Source of the DNA: Camelus ferus
Lineage: Eukaryota
DNA: 64,000 nt
Direction of reading: 5' to 3'
NCBI RefSeq assembly: GCF_009834535.1
Contig: NC_045707.1
Location: 50,284,001-50,348,000, forward strand
Shown: positions 39,441-53,602 of the stretch, in pieces
Layout: the number at the start of each line of letters is the position of its first letter
Numbering within the stretch: the first letter of the stretch is position 1
The notes under the pieces: generated by a model
The model's input: only the letters and a program-made list of their open reading frames with translations
Told to the model about the DNA's origin: nothing
Databases searched by the model: none
Position numbers and translations under genes: made by a program

Positions 39441-42171
39441 TGAAGGTCTATTCCACTTGCCCAACAAGTGCCTGCATATTCATTAGTGGCTCCAACCTTT
39501 CCTTTGCAAAGGCAAAGTTGATGACAATGATTTATTTCCTGGGGCTGAGTCAGACAAGTTGGCTCAAGGACCCTTGGTTTCTCCACAGTCCATGCAGCGT
39601 CCTTCCATGGTTTAGCCTCCCGCCCACTCCACCCTTCCCTCTCCCCTACTCCCTCACAGGACTTTCCCTTTCTCCTCCTCCAAGTGATTATGCAAGAATC
39701 AGGTTGCTCTGGAGAATATATATTTATAAGAACAAACTTGAGAATAAATACTTGATGATTTCAAAGCATGAAATGAGGCAATTTGTCTCTCACTTTGTCC
39801 ATGAGTCAAGAAAGGTATGAGCAATGAGTTTCAATGTGGTCTTCTTTACTGATTTGAAATAAACTTGATAAGTTGTTCACTGTCTCTTGGCTTAAGCTTT
39901 CTTGTTTGTAAAAGAGATGACTGTGAAATGAGAATGTTGGATTGCCTTTGATGACTGGAGCTGTGGTATGCTGAAATAATACTGGGAAAGGGCTTGGTAG
40001 AAAGATCACTGTCAGAGAAATCAAGACATTTGAACTCTTGGTATCTCTAACAGAGTGATTTTAGATTGGAGATTAAAGAGTGGGAAGAAGAGAAAACTGA
40101 TTCTTCGAAAATATCCTGACCCAGTTTCACCTTATACTGGCGATGTGTTCTCTTCTTTCTCTTTTGATCTGAAGATAAGAAGTAAAAGGATGACCTGAGA
40201 AAGGGATGGGAAGAATGTATATCAGAATACAAGTGTTCATGCTGGGAATGGAGTGGGCAGAGCAACTGTTAATTCCACCTAAAGTTTTCCTCCTTGGGTA
40301 CCAAAGGACATTGTCTTCCTGGTTTGTTTCCAAGAAGGACAATTTTCCAAAGTTAAGGAATAAACATTATACTTAATGACTCACTAGATCTATTGTGCAA
40401 GAGTTTATCTAACATATTCTCAAACAGACATATGTTTCCCACTAACATATTTTTGGTGATGATTTTCATAAAGTAATACTTTTATAAATTTCTAGACAGG
40501 ATAGATAAGAATAACGGTCTCTAAGAGGAAGCTGGAATATCACTCCCAAGATTCTCTTTTTTCTCAACCCAATCTTCTCACATAAATTTAGTATAGATTA
40601 CTCAATATAAGTATCTTAGATTTGAAAATAAGAATGGGGACTCTTCCTAGTAACTTCTTAGTCACTGTCTCCAGTAGATAGTATCATCTTGACATGCCCA
40701 GAAGTAGAAGAGTGTACATAATTATGGGTTTTCTTAAGTTGGTCTGTTTTCCCATAAACAACAAACCACAGTGCTGTCATGACACTTACACTATCATTCC
40801 ACTCATTTAAAAGTAAGTGCTGACTTTTTGTCACTATCACTGACAGGTTTAGCATATTTTCTACCTGTTGAAACTAGAGAAAGCATTTCTGACCATTAAA
40901 AATAAAACTATCTACCCCAAGTTTAGCTTTCCTATAAAATGCTACTCATTAGGCAATCCTCATTTGCATGGAGGAAAATGAAAGGGTGCTGTGGCAGAGT
41001 GACTATTTGGAGAAGAGAGGCAGGAGAAACTACATTCAATGTTCAGAGGATGCCTGTCTGTGTGAGGAGGTAATCCTTGAGCCAAGAACAGAAGGGTAAC
41101 AATGACAACCCACACAATAAGGCTCTCTAATTATTGAGTGCTTAATTATATTCTAGTCATTTAAATACATTAATTCACTGTGTCCTGGGAGTCACACTCC
41201 CAATTCCTCACTTTTAAAAGTCCCTGCTGTTGTGGTTAAGTCCTATGAAAAATTGGGGAAAAATATTTCAGGAGAAGGAATGGTAGGTAGAGGGTCTCTA
41301 AGCAGCCACAAAGCCAGGGATGTTGAGGAACAAGAAGTCCAGAGTGGCTTGTGAGGAATGAGGGAGGGAGGAGGATTTACACCTGTGAGGAAGTGTGCTG
41401 GTGGCCACAGGAAAGAGTTTTTATTTCACTCTTGTCTTAAGACTTGTTACCTCATTCACTATCATTATATTTTAGATATTTGAAGGTAAACTTGCTTCTA
41501 ATTTATACTCTATCTATGCAATGAACCTGAGTGTACCAGGTGAACAGACACAGGATAGTTTTTCTTTAAAAATGCATATCTTTTATCCTCGATAATATAC
41601 AGACAATTATTGTGTGAACAAAATTTAGCTATCAAACATTTCCCTTTCTTAAAACATCTAAGTCTAAATAATTCACCAGATTGAATAATATCACTCTCTA
41701 TAGTCCAAACCAGGCTTATTGACCATTCCAACATATTGTTTCTATCAGCTGCCTTTTCCTCTTAGGACTTCCGAGAAAGTATAAATATTTAACATCTTTG
41801 AGCAATTTGAGCAATCATTGTTTGCTCTGATATTAAAAATGCAGTAGTGATGAAAAAAAAGTCTTTCTAACAGAATACAGACCTAAATCTAGATAAACAA
41901 AGCTTTCTTGTCCATAAACTTCTCTCAGGAAGCCATGCCTATCTTTAACAGCATTGTTTCAGTTTAGGTTTATCCTTTTAACACATTGAGTCATTGTTTG
42001 GTGATCAGAATTATCTCCCCTAGCATTTCATCCCCCTAGGAAACTGGCTCGAAGGTTTGATTACTGTTAAGACATAATGGCCACCAGAAAGCAAGGACAA
42101 AGCTTTGTTGGTACTAAGGAAGTTAACATCCTAAAATACCACAGTGGGTAGAAATGACAGAAATGACTTTT

Positions 42172-43004
42172 TAAAAAAAAATTGAAGTATGTTTGATTTA
42201 CAATGTTGTAATTTCTGGTGTAGAGCATAATGATTCAGTATATATGTATTCTTTTTCATATTCATTTTCATTATAGGCCATTACAAAGTATTGAATATAG
42301 TTCCCTGTGCTATACAGTAGGACCTTGTTGTTCATCTGTTTTATATAAGGTAATGTGTATCTGCAAATCCAGAACTCCCAATTTATCCCTCCTCTTCTCC
42401 TTTCCCCTCTGGTAACCATAAGTTTGTTTTCTACGTCTGTGAGTCCGTTTCTGTTTTTAAAATAAGTTAATTTGTCTCATTTTTAAAGATTCCACATATA
42501 AGTGACAGCGTATGGTATTTTTCTTTCTCTTTCTAGCTTACTTCACTTAGTATGACAATTTCCAGGTCCATCCATGTTGCTGCAAATGGTATTATTTTAT
42601 TTATTTATTTTTTATGGCTGAGTAGTATTCCATTGTATATATATACACCACATCTTCTTTACCCAATCATCTGCCCGTGGACATTTAGGTTGCTTCCATG
42701 TCTTGGCTATTATAAACAGTGCTGTTATGAACACTGAGGTGCATGTATCTTTTCAAATTAGAGTTTCCTCTGTATATATGCCCAGGAGTGGGATTGCTGG
42801 ATCATAGGGTAAGTCTATTTTCAGTTTTTTAAGAAATCTCCATACTACTTTCCATAATGGTTGTACCAAACTACATTCTCACCAATAGTGTAGGAGGGTT
42901 CCCTTTTCTCTACACCCTCTCCAGCATTTATTGTTTGTGGACTTTTGAATGATGGCCATTCTGACTGGTGTGAGGTGATACCTCATTGTAGTTTTGATTT
43001 ACAT
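42172..43004 (-). mobile_element. 5'-truncated L1 (3'UTR and ORF2 end) with TSD
   Basis: AATTGAAGTATGTTTGATTTACAATGTTG ... GGCCATTCTGACTGGTGTGAGGTGATACCTCATTGTAGTTTTGATTT. Exact 13-bp TSD AGAAATGACTTTT at 42159-42171 and 43005-43017. Confidence 0.93.
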
Positions 43005-45387
43005 AGAAATGACTTTTCTTCTCCTGAGTAGAATTAGAAAACTGAGTTCTTGCACAATGATGGAGGAGATATTTTGGAAGTCCTAAATGATATGAGAATC
43101 TCTTCCACAGGAAAAACAAAAAAACAAAAATTAAACATAGGGAGTAGCTTAGTACATAGGGTATTAAGAACACGTGAAAAAAATTTGACCCATGAGATTG
43201 GTGAGGGTTGTTTTAGGGGAGTTATTAAGAAAGAGGACAGAAAAAGCTTGATCCAGATGTAAGTACTTAATGTTTATTATTTGAGTCCAGAAATGGATGG
43301 GAGTGAGTAAAATGGGACGTTCCCTCAGTAGGTTGATGTTTTTGGCAGCAGTACAACCGATGTTGCAAGAAGGGAAACAGTCTCAAGATGAAAATCTCTT
43401 ACAGGTTGGCATTTGCCCAAAACTGTAATGTTGACAGGGAAGTGTGGGCACACCCAAAAACATCCTGGTTAAATTGCAGGTGTTGTGGGAAGAGCAAATA
43501 TTTTATAACTAGTAAGCAGATTCTGGCAGTTGCCTTACAAATGATGTGTACAGTGTATGATACTATAAAATCTTAGGACACACAGTCATTATTTTATATT
43601 TCTGTTGTGAAACAGAGTTTTGTTCAGAGAACCATACACTATTTGATTTGGAAAAGACTTTTCAGATCATCTCTTCTAATGGATTTTTTTTAGCAGAAAT
43701 AATTCCTTTTAAATAAAATCTTAACTGGAACTCTATGATATAAAAAAGATGGTATTTTATTTGTAAAAGTAACTTTATAAGTTCAAACTGAACATATTTA
43801 CTCTTTATATAGTGAATAAATGAAACCAATGGGGTTGTTTGGATTAATACAAACACTTGGAATCAGAGCTAGTGTGTGCCACTTGTGATGTCATGTAATC
43901 CTTAGCATCTCATTTATTTTAGCATTTTTGTTTGCACACTATCAAAAAAATCCTGATTCACATTGAAAACTAGTTGCAAGTGGGAGGTTTTTAGCAGATC
44001 ACTTTACAATCTCGGGATGTTTTTGTAGAAGCCTTTATTCTGAGGCCCATCCAAAAATGAGTCAAACCAGAAGCAGGAGTTAACACATTAGTTTCCAGTG
44101 TGTAACAGGGGTTTCCAATGTGCTGACAGCTGGCATACAACTCCTTGGAGTTCTTTAAATATTAGGATATTTAAAATGTTTCCCAAACCCTTAAAATGCA
44201 AATTGAGTCCAATATCGTTAAACCCTTTCCCACAGAAGCTCTTCCACAAAAATCTAGTTTTTTAGTGGTGGTGTAATAACTATTTTAGACTTCACTAGAA
44301 GTGAAGCATGTGCAATCACCAGGTTAACACTGCTAAGTAAAATAATTTATGTTTTAGCTGGGAAACGCCACAGATGGGACTGCACTCCAGGCCTCTTGAC
44401 TTCTCTCCTATTTGATTTTCATTGAGAACGAATTCAACACAATATGGTAATGGTTCACTTACTGTCAGTTTTATTCTTTTAGTTCTTTATTAGGACATGC
44501 CTTCTGGGCTTCCATCCTATCTTTTTAATGTATGTTTTACCAGCTATATTTAAAGCCCCTTGTCTAAAGGAACTGAGCCATACTTTTTTTTCTATAGCCA
44601 CTAGTACAATGTGCACATAGTAGGATATTAATAACATATTGATTATGCATTAAGAAATGAATGCGCTTATTCTCATATAAACATCTATTTTTGATTATTT
44701 ACTTGATGTGTATAATTTTCAGTGTGTAGATGGGTCTATCCACATTTTTGTTTAAAATTTCATGAAAAAAATTTTTGTACTCAGTTAATAAAAGGAATAT
44801 ATATTGACCATCCACTACGTCCCCAGCACTGGTATAATTCCATGGATACAATGGCAAGTCTTTCATGCAACTATTTCACATATTATAAATATAAGCAGTT
44901 ATTCAGTAGATACCATCCTGTCAAAATGGGTAGCTGTCATTGCTGAGTTTGTCATTAAATTGGGCTTTTAATTGGGATGGTGTTTTCTTCTTCTCTCACT
45001 TGGAATGGCAGTACTCTAAAACTAAAATATTCTTAGATCTCCTTTTATGTTGTGGGGACATTAAAACTCCTTCTTCAGAAATATTCTGGCTTTGCTTAAC
45101 AATATTTCATGTCCCACTCTTACATAGGAGAGTTATTACCCATCCAAGTAAAAGACTTGCTTAGCTCTTTAATTTTCATAAGAAGATTTTAATCTTATTT
45201 TTTCCTAAACTGTTAGACTGAGCTATATACAACTGATATTTTATAGATTAAAAAAAATGAAAATTAGTAGTTTCATATGGTTCTGCCTAATGTATGAATG
45301 CAACTCAAATCAACAAGCTGTTTGCTAACTAACCCTTCTCAAAAGCTCCATGGATTAAAGTGATAATAATGGAGACTTGGTTTAAAG

Positions 45388-45602
45388 CAGAGGTCAACAA
45401 ACTTTTTCTGAAAGGGCCAGAGAGTAAATATATTAGGCTTTGTGGGCCATACCATCTGTAGCAATTACTCAGCTACTTTGCTGTAGCATGAACTCAGCCA
45501 TAGATACTAAGAAAATGAATGGCTGTGTTCCAATAAAACTTTATAAATAAGAATAGGCAATGGGCTAAATCTGGCTTGGGGTCCGTAGTTTGCTCACCTC
45601 TG
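45388..45602 (+). mobile_element. MER58A-like hAT-Charlie MITE
   Basis: CAGAGGTCAACAAACTTTTTCTGAAAGGGCCAGAGAGTAAATA ... GGCTGTGTTCCAATAAAACTTTAT ... GTAGTTTGCTCACCTCTG; terminal inverted repeats visible. Confidence 0.88.
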
Positions 45603-48469
45603 ACTTAAAAGATAAATATATCCTTGGACAATGCTGTCTTGTTATGAATTGTTAATGAATTGCTTTTGCAGATTTACCTCGTGGTGTTTAGCTCTAGGCT
45701 TTCGTGGGAGAAGTTGATAAACAATCTTATGAAATCTTTTATTACATTTGCTCTGGGGATGCTACATGGCAGTATTATTTAATTAATTAATCAGTATTCT
45801 ATGTAAAGTATTTCTTCCAGAGATAAGATCTATAACAAGATAATAATTTATTCTTTCCCCTGCCTAATTGATTTTTATGGCAATAAAAACTATAACTGAC
45901 TGTTTTGCTTTTTTAACTCTGTGTTTTGCTTTTGCTACCAGGAATATCAACACCAAATCTGAGCTTCACTACAGCAATCATACTGCCACTTATGTTCTCT
46001 AGAGGTGAGATTCCCTTCTTTCTTATAATTGTCCTTGCTTTGATTATGTATCAAATTAAATTTTCCCTCGCTTTAAAAGCTTTGTATTATAATCCACTAT
46101 TCTCTTTTGTGATTCTTGATTGTAAACTGACTGAAATTTTTGTTTATCATATTTGAGAGTAAATACATGAAGTAAATAGATGATTTATTTTTACATCTGA
46201 ATACCCAGATTTTTGCAAACTTCAGTATCTAAGGTGCTTTAATCTTAAGTATAGACTATTTGATTTTTTAAATTCAACAAATAACTTATAAATATCTATT
46301 TTCCTGTCCTTGGAGTCTATAGTCCGATGTGGGAGACAGATACATAAACAAGTAATGACAAAGCTACAAGGCAGTTGTCACATTGGAGGTACATACACCA
46401 TGCAGCCTGGACCTTTTTAAGGAATGATGTTGTTGCATGACCATCCTCATTGGCACGGTAAGGTCACTATACAGACACAAATCTTTCGTGGATAGTCATT
46501 AATTTCTATGGATAAGCTTGAAGGCATATAAGCAATATGGTGCTTTTGTGTCCTCTATGTTCAAGCTCAAAAACGATTCTATGATTAACTCAGACCTTAA
46601 GATCTACATTTTAGAAAAACATGCTAATTTCAACTAAGATTTATTATGTAATTGTTAAGGCCATCAGTTTAAGTCTTATAGCTAAGTTAGTCTCAGCCCA
46701 TTTCAAGAGTTTATGTTACAGTCCACTAGCTTTTTTCACGAGGAATACCAAGATGTCCCTTTATGTTATATAGCATATATGAGCAAGATTAGGCTGGATG
46801 ATTAAAAATTCATGAACACGATTTTAATGACATTAAAGTAACTAATAATACAAATAAGAAAAAATGTTATTCATGATTATTCTGCCTCAGTAAATTAAGC
46901 TCTTGTAGTTGTTTCTTTAATTCATATGTAAAGCATTTGAACACTGTTCTAATTATAGTTTGTGTTGTATGTGTTTAAGCAATAATAACACATGATTTTT
47001 TCAATAGGCTATACATTTTTATACTTATAATATTAATATCAGAAATTTATTCAGTAAATATTTATGTGCAATGTTCTGTCCATATTACAGAACAATATAT
47101 ATAAGGTCCTTGACCTAAATGTAGAGATAAATTCTTAAAAATATATATTTAAATGGTGATTAGAGTTATGATAAAAATAAAACTTAGAAATGGGATAATA
47201 AGGAACTGCTGGAGGACAGTGGTGGGTGGTAATCTCTGAACGTCTTTCTAAAGAATGATAGGAGTCAGCCATGTGGAAACCTAGCAGGGAAGAACAACTA
47301 TTTAGAATTTATTTAGAATTCCCTTATGATTAGGGAATTAACTTGTTCACAAAATTTTTAAGATCAACAATATTGCAAAAAATCCAATTATATGTATTCC
47401 TCACCCTCTTTGTTCTTATGAAAATGAGAAAAATATCTTTTAATAAATCATCATTATTATGTCATGTGGAATGATTGTATTAGCATGGAATCAGTTGGGT
47501 TTTCTTGTGGATGCTTCACTCTGAAGTCCTAAGCCTGTTCCTTTGGAGAGCCACCACAAAGTTCACTTCTTTTCTTCCATGATGGAGCTTGAGGCAAAGG
47601 GCTCCAAGGCTTTGACCTCCTGGATTGTGGCCAGCATGGAGCAGGGACTGTGGGGTATATGTGGAGGTTTTGGAGGGTGACTTAAGGATAAAAATAAGAA
47701 AGAGGAAGGCAGATCGTGGGAAATGGGACTCCACTCACAGAAGCTGACTAATGACTGAAAGATGATACAATATTAAAAGTTGACATTAGATGCTGCCCCG
47801 TTCTCTCACTACAGGTGTGTTTATTATCAACCACCAGAGAATGAGAACGTCCTCTTTCTGGTAATTAATGCTACTTGACCTGCCATACAGATTCTGCAGT
47901 TTGTGGTCGAAAATTTCAAAATGTACATGATTTAAAAAATTAAAATGCTCTTGTATTTTCTTAGAATAAATGGTCAGAATTGGGATTCCTAGGTCAATGG
48001 CTATGATTATGTTTGCTGTTCTTGATATCTCACAACATTTTTTCCAAAAAGGCTGTTTGTACCCATTTACTTAGCCCTTCATGAGCATCATCAAAGGCAT
48101 GTCTTGGCAGACTGTTTAATAGATAAAATACAGTTGAAATTCTTGCCTGTAAGCATTGAATTGGAGACTGATTATTTAACAGGTCACCTGCTAAGATTGG
48201 ATAAAAGTACACACTGAGTACCCTTGTGGATGATACAGTCTAAAACCCACATTAGAGCACGAGGCTTTCTTTTTTGGGGCAGCCCTCCCTGCACATGTGG
48301 CTTTTTGGCCAGTCAATGGATCCTGTATCTACCATGAAGGTGGATCTCTGGCTTCTCTGATACCACTGGTGACCACTATCTGGACACCTCCTCTCTACTA
48401 TCACTCCCATTCATTACCTGAGTCCGTGATTATTTCCTTGGTGACTATGGAAGGAATTCTTGACTTTAG

Positions 48470-48760
48470 AGAGTATCAATTATCTATTGTTACAAGTTAT
48501 CTAAAAACTCAGTGACTTGAACCAATAAGCATTTCTTTTAACTCATGAGTTGGTGGGCCAGTCATTTAATGTGGATAACTATTCTGGTGTCTCTTAAACT
48601 TGCTCACATGTGTCAGCTGGTTGGTTCTTAGCTGGGAGGTGATTGGGCAACTGGGCCATTTCCAATTTCTAGCAGGCTATCTTAGGTCTGTTTTCATTGT
48701 ATGGAAAATGTATAGAAAGTAAGTGAAACATGACAAGAATTTGAGAGGCTGGGATAGTTG
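48470..48760 (-). mobile_element. Old MaLR LTR fragment
   Basis: TATCTATTGTTACAAGTTATCTAAAAACTCAGTGACTTGAACCAATAAGCATTT ... CTCATGAG. Confidence 0.5.
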
Positions 48761-48824
48761 TAACCTGGCATTGAGTCCTTTGTGTGGTTGATAAACAAGT
48801 CTATTTTTTTTTTAAAAGGGGATC

Positions 48825-49075
48825 ATTTAGTGTAGTCATTAAAAGCCAAGACCTTGGAGCCAGTCCCTGGATTCAAATCACAGTTCTATTAGTAGCTAAC
48901 TGTGTGTCCTTGGCCAATTTATTTAATCCCTCTGTGCTTTCGTTTTATAATCTGCAATGTACAGATAATAATACACTCTACCATATTGGGTTGTAGCGAA
49001 GATTAAATTAATGTATATATGTAATATGTTTAGAACAATGCTTGGTACATAAAAATGCTAAGAGAAATATTATCT
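48825..49075 (+). mobile_element. MIR SINE, near full length
   Basis: GGAGCCAGTCCCTGGATTCAAATC ... CTGTGTGTCCTTGGCCAATTTATTTAATCCCTCTGTGC ... TTAGAACAATGCTTGGTACAT. Confidence 0.85.
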
Positions 49076-49230
49076 GTTAAAATATTTTAGAGGTAATATT
49101 TCTCTTGTGGGTCGCTTTGGTTTCTTCAGCTACCTTCTCCTGGGAGACTCAGCTTCTCTTCTGTTGGTTTAGGAAAGGCCCTTCAACTGGCTATTTTTGA
49201 CTTAGGCTCAGGCCTCTGCTTCCCTTACAG

Positions 49231-49450
49231 GACGTTTGGTCCTATTCAAAATGTCCATTTCAGTCCATGCCATAATGTGCTTGATATTTGGTCATATTTG
49301 GTCCTGTCAACAATGTCCATAAGACATTTGGTCCAAAACCATTTGGCATGGACCAAATACGCTTATGGACATTTTGGACAGGACTAAATTCCAAGGACCT
49401 TTTGATGTGGACCAAATGTCTTATGGATTTTGTGGACAAGATCAAATGTC
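49231..49450. repeat. Nested palindromic repeat built from ~40-bp CATTTGGTCC-containing units
   Basis: Inner arms at 49296-49335 and 49349-49389. 49408-49427 is the exact 20-nt reverse complement of 49316-49335. Confidence 0.85.
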
Positions 49451-49819
49451 TGCTGACCCTCAGCTTCTTGTAGACCAACACGTTACTGGGTGGCTTCACT
49501 CACTCAGACCTCTTTTTGTATGGAATCCACTTCTGGAGGCTCATGGCCAGGTTCCCTCATAGGGTCCACATTTGTGCCCTGCCACAGTACTCTGGGAAAC
49601 TCATATTTTATTATTAATTCCTATCTTCAAATTTGAAAGATGATGGTATTAGCATTTCTAGTTTTGCCTTCATTTCATCCCACCCTTCAACTGCTAGCTT
49701 CAGTCATGGGTAATTTTTATATTGTCTAAGTAGTTGACAATATTGTCAAGAAATATTGAAAATGTTTCTTATTATTTTGTAACCATAACTAAACATTTAG
49801 TGTTCTTTATATAGGAGGT

Positions 49820-50105
49820 GTTGAAACTTCAAAAGCTATGTAGGACTGGGTAGGGCAGGCATGAGTTAAATAGAATGACACTTCCAAGTGCATGCTCAGT
49901 GTTGCCTGCATGAATATGAACACAGTGATGCAAAATATTCTAGTGTTTTAAGAAAAGCCTGGTAATCCAAATTCTTATGTGCAATTGTCCGATTTTAAAG
50001 TGCTGGAAGCTCATTAATTAAAATGCACTGACACACACAGCAGGTCAAATAGAACACTTCTGTTAGTTGGATGTAGCTCATTGAACTACCAATTTGTGAC
50101 TTTTT
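49820..50105. mobile_element. hAT-Charlie family relic
   Basis: AGAAAAGCCTGGTAATCCAAATTCTTATGTGCAATTGTCCGATTTTAAAGTG ... CTACCAATTTGTGAC resembles Charlie-type elements. Confidence 0.45.
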
Positions 50106-50439
50106 GTGTGTAGACTGGGTCTAAAGTTTGTAAACAAATAAATGCTTTTATATTTTTATAGTTTAAAAACTAATATAGCCTATCAAATAGTATGCTAATT
50201 TCCTTTCTTAAATAAACTCTTTTTCTTACTTTTCTTAGTTTTTAATTTAAATTATTTCCCCTTAGTAAATGCTTAACGTCTTTCAACTTAGTAAGAAAAG
50301 TACCAACTTTAAGAAACTCTTATTTTTCCCGGGTGTTTCCGTCTGGACTGATTGCTCTTTTAAAATGTTTGCAGTTTTCAACCAGGGACTGATTTTTTTT
50401 TTTTTTTTTTTTTGGCACAGGCCCCTCATTTCTTGGCTT

Positions 50440-51100
50440 GAAGTTCTCCTTTCTTCATTTCCTCCCTTGTTTTCCTGGAAAACATCCTTAAGTAAGCTCC
50501 TTAGAGAGGGTGTGTGAGAAGTAAACATTCTGAGTCTTTGTCTGAATTGCTTCTATTCTATATTAAATCTGATTGCTAATTTGTCTAGATATAGAGTTAT
50601 ATGGGCTTAAAATTATTTTCCCTAACATTAAAGCCATTTTTCCCATTGTGACTATTGCTTTTTAAAGTTTCTTACTAACTATTGGCTTTTTAAAAATACA
50701 TATTACATGTGTAACTTTGCAATGTTTTCATTATTTAAATATAAAGATAAAAATTAACATTTATACCAATGTTAGGAGGAAAATCAAAGCAAATCTAAGG
50801 AGAACAGAATGAAGGAAATAAAGTCAGGGTTGATCACGTGAAATCTGATACCAGTCCTAGTCTCGCTTGTATTTTTCTCTAACAAGAAACTTTTAGGATT
50901 TTTATTTACCCTTTGTGTTCTAAAATTTTATAATGCTGTATTTAAGTTGGAGTATTCTGGAGTGTTTTTGTCTTCATTGTCCAAGGCACTTAGTAGAAAC
51001 TTTTTATCAAAATACTAATGTTCTTTAGTAGTCCTGGAAAATTCCTTTTATAAGTCTTTAAAAAAAATCATTTATCCCTGCTCCCTTTTATTTTTTTATT
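50440..51100 (-). mobile_element. HAL1-like (half-L1) fragment
   Basis: AGAGGGTGTGTGAGAAGTAAACATTCTGAGTCTTTG ... AATTTGTCTAGATATAGAG, paralogous to 52020-52160. Confidence 0.5.
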
Positions 51101-51219
51101 CTGGTTCATTTTGTAGTATAAATGGAAGCTGCAATTTGAAGGTCGGCTAGAGTAACTCAACTTTTATAAACTGAGTCTACAAGAGCACTCAGATTTACTT
51201 TTCATAATTGCTTGTTTTC

Positions 51220-53602
51220 CTCTTTTAATTTTATTTTTTTCATTCTGTACAAGTTATACATGTGAATAGACTTAAAAGCAAACAGTTAATAAGACTTACT
51301 TTTAAAAAGAGCAGTAACCTCTTCAACTTTCTACCCTCAGTTTTCATTTCTATTTTAAATCCGTCTACTTGTTTCTTTTAGTGTCTGCTTCCACATCTCC
51401 AAATGACATGCTTACACTGACCTTTTTTTTCCATTTTAGATACTATCTATTAATTTCTTACTTTGAAGCCAAGGATTTAATTTTGTAATACATGCTTCCC
51501 CCTCCTCTCCACTGAAACACTTTTCCTTCCCCATTTTCCAGATATAACCTTATTCATTCTATTTAATTAAGTCATAATTTAGTGTTTATAACCATATAGA
51601 CTTTATTCACAGATGAACTATGTAATATACTCTAATTCATTTCCTTCCCTATATAAACTCTTTTTTCCTGGAGTCTACCTCTTTTGCTTTTGTTTAATTT
51701 CCTAAGTACCTATCACAACTCAACTCCAAACTTTTTGCCAGAATTTCCTTTTAATGCATTCAAATGTATCAAATAATTTCTTAAATTATCACTTTGTAGT
51801 TAACCTGAAACTAACACAATATTGTAAATCAGCTCTACTTCAGTTTTTTAAAAAGGCATTGCAGTTGCCTCTGGGATCTAGATACACTGTTGTTTCTTTG
51901 GGATCTTCCTTCAGCATCATCATGGAAAATCCCTTCAACTCTCTCCTGTGTTGGAGATTCTGCTTCCTGGTTCCCGTCTCCTGGTTCCTTTCTTGGTTTA
52001 CCCTCTCTACTGATTCCAGAGAATAGGAGCATGGGAAGCACATTTTTTTGAGACTTTTCATGCCTGAAATATTTTTAGTTTATTCCCACTCTTGATGGAT
52101 AATCTGTCTGGGTACAGACTTTAATACTGGATGTCATTTTCTCTTAGAATTTTCAAAGCATTACTTCACCACCAGGATTGCCATTGGAAAATAAAGTATG
52201 ATGTTATTTTGATTCTTGGCTTCTGATCTACTTTTCTTTCTGATCTGGGAAGATCTGAAATCTTTCCTCTCTTGGTATTTTGAAAGTTCATGATCTAAAT
52301 GTGTATTTTTCTTCATTCACTGTATTGGGAATCTGGTGGGCACTTTCAAGCTCAGCTTTAATTTTTCCTTGATTATCTCCTTGACAAAATCTTGCTTTTT
52401 GTTTTTCTATTCTTTTCATCTAGAACTTCTGTTGGTTAAATGTTGAACATTCTGTCTTGTTTTTCTTGTCTTGTAACTCTTTGTCTTTTGTTTTACTGTG
52501 TAGATTGTGATCTCCACTTTACCCACCAATCTTCCTATTGCATTTCAAATTTCTGATATCCCATTTTTAATTTCAAGAACTCTTTCTCCTATTCATAATG
52601 TTCTGTTAAAAATAACATCTTGGTTTTTGTTCCATAGCTGGATTACCTTCTCTTATTTCTCTGGGGATATTAATTTATTTGGAGAAGAGTTTTTCTGTCT
52701 CTAACCTGTCTCATTCCTCCCAGTTTCTTTTACTGTTTGTTTTGGTTGTTGTCCCTCATATTTGAGGTTTCCCTCAAATGTCTTGTGTCCTCTGGGTGTC
52801 CACTCATACTTAAATTTAATTCACTAAAGGCTGGCTGGGAACTCCAATGGGCTTTATTCCAGCATGGTTGGATTCAGATGCTTCACTGGGGGACCCACAA
52901 CCACAGTATCTGTAGCTCTTTTCTCACAGGCTAGTCATCTTGAGATTCCCTTCTCAGGGATCTAGCCTGGCTGCTGGTTTATTCTGGGAGCTGAGAGAGG
53001 GAAAAGGGAGGACTCCCTATTCAGTATGTTCATCGTGACTTAAATGTTTTCTTTTCAATTATCACCTCTGAATTCAGCTGTTCATGATATAAGATCCCCC
53101 TGTTTCAATCCCTTCTGAGAGCATTTTTCTGTTGGTGAGGAAGGGAGAGTTCTTTGCCTGAGTAGGCTAGGAAAAGTGAATCTGGGCAAGGAGCAGGCCT
53201 AATTGATTTTGGCTTTTGATTCCAAGTTGCTTTCAACTATGCATCTGTTTCAGCCAAATCTTTACCTCTCTTTTAGAGGTAAAAGATCTCTTTGATTTTG
53301 AAACATTCCAATGTTCTTTGATGTAAGTACCTTATTTCTGATTTTACTACATTGTTGGTGTATGTTTAACTTTTCCCATTTTAATCAGTTAGTCATCCTC
53401 ATTTATTGGCTTTATAGATTCCAAAATTTTGATTCTGTCATTTCCTTCACTGTCATTTTCCTTGTAGATTGTATCTTTATTTTTTTCATATTTCCTTCCA
53501 GTGTCATTTTAGTTAAGTGTGGGAAAGGAATGAAGATCAAAATATATGCTCAAATTAAAAAATATATATATATGCTCAAATTGCCATGTTGAAACAGAAG
53601 TC
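51220..53602 (-). mobile_element. HAL1 (half-L1), near full length
   Basis: 3' end TACAAGTTATACATG...AAAAAGAGCAG; internal GCATGGGAAGCACATTTTTTTGAGAC...; 5' end CAGTGTCATTTTAGT ... GCCATGTTGAAACAGAAGTC, the reverse of the GACTTC...CATGGC start. Confidence 0.7.

Noticed and set aside
49260..49562. Repetitive ORFs (FGP/MDQ/LWT motifs) or a CRISPR-like array
   Set aside because: They are by-products of the palindromic repeat. There is no repeat-spacer periodicity, no cas genes, and the DNA is mammalian.
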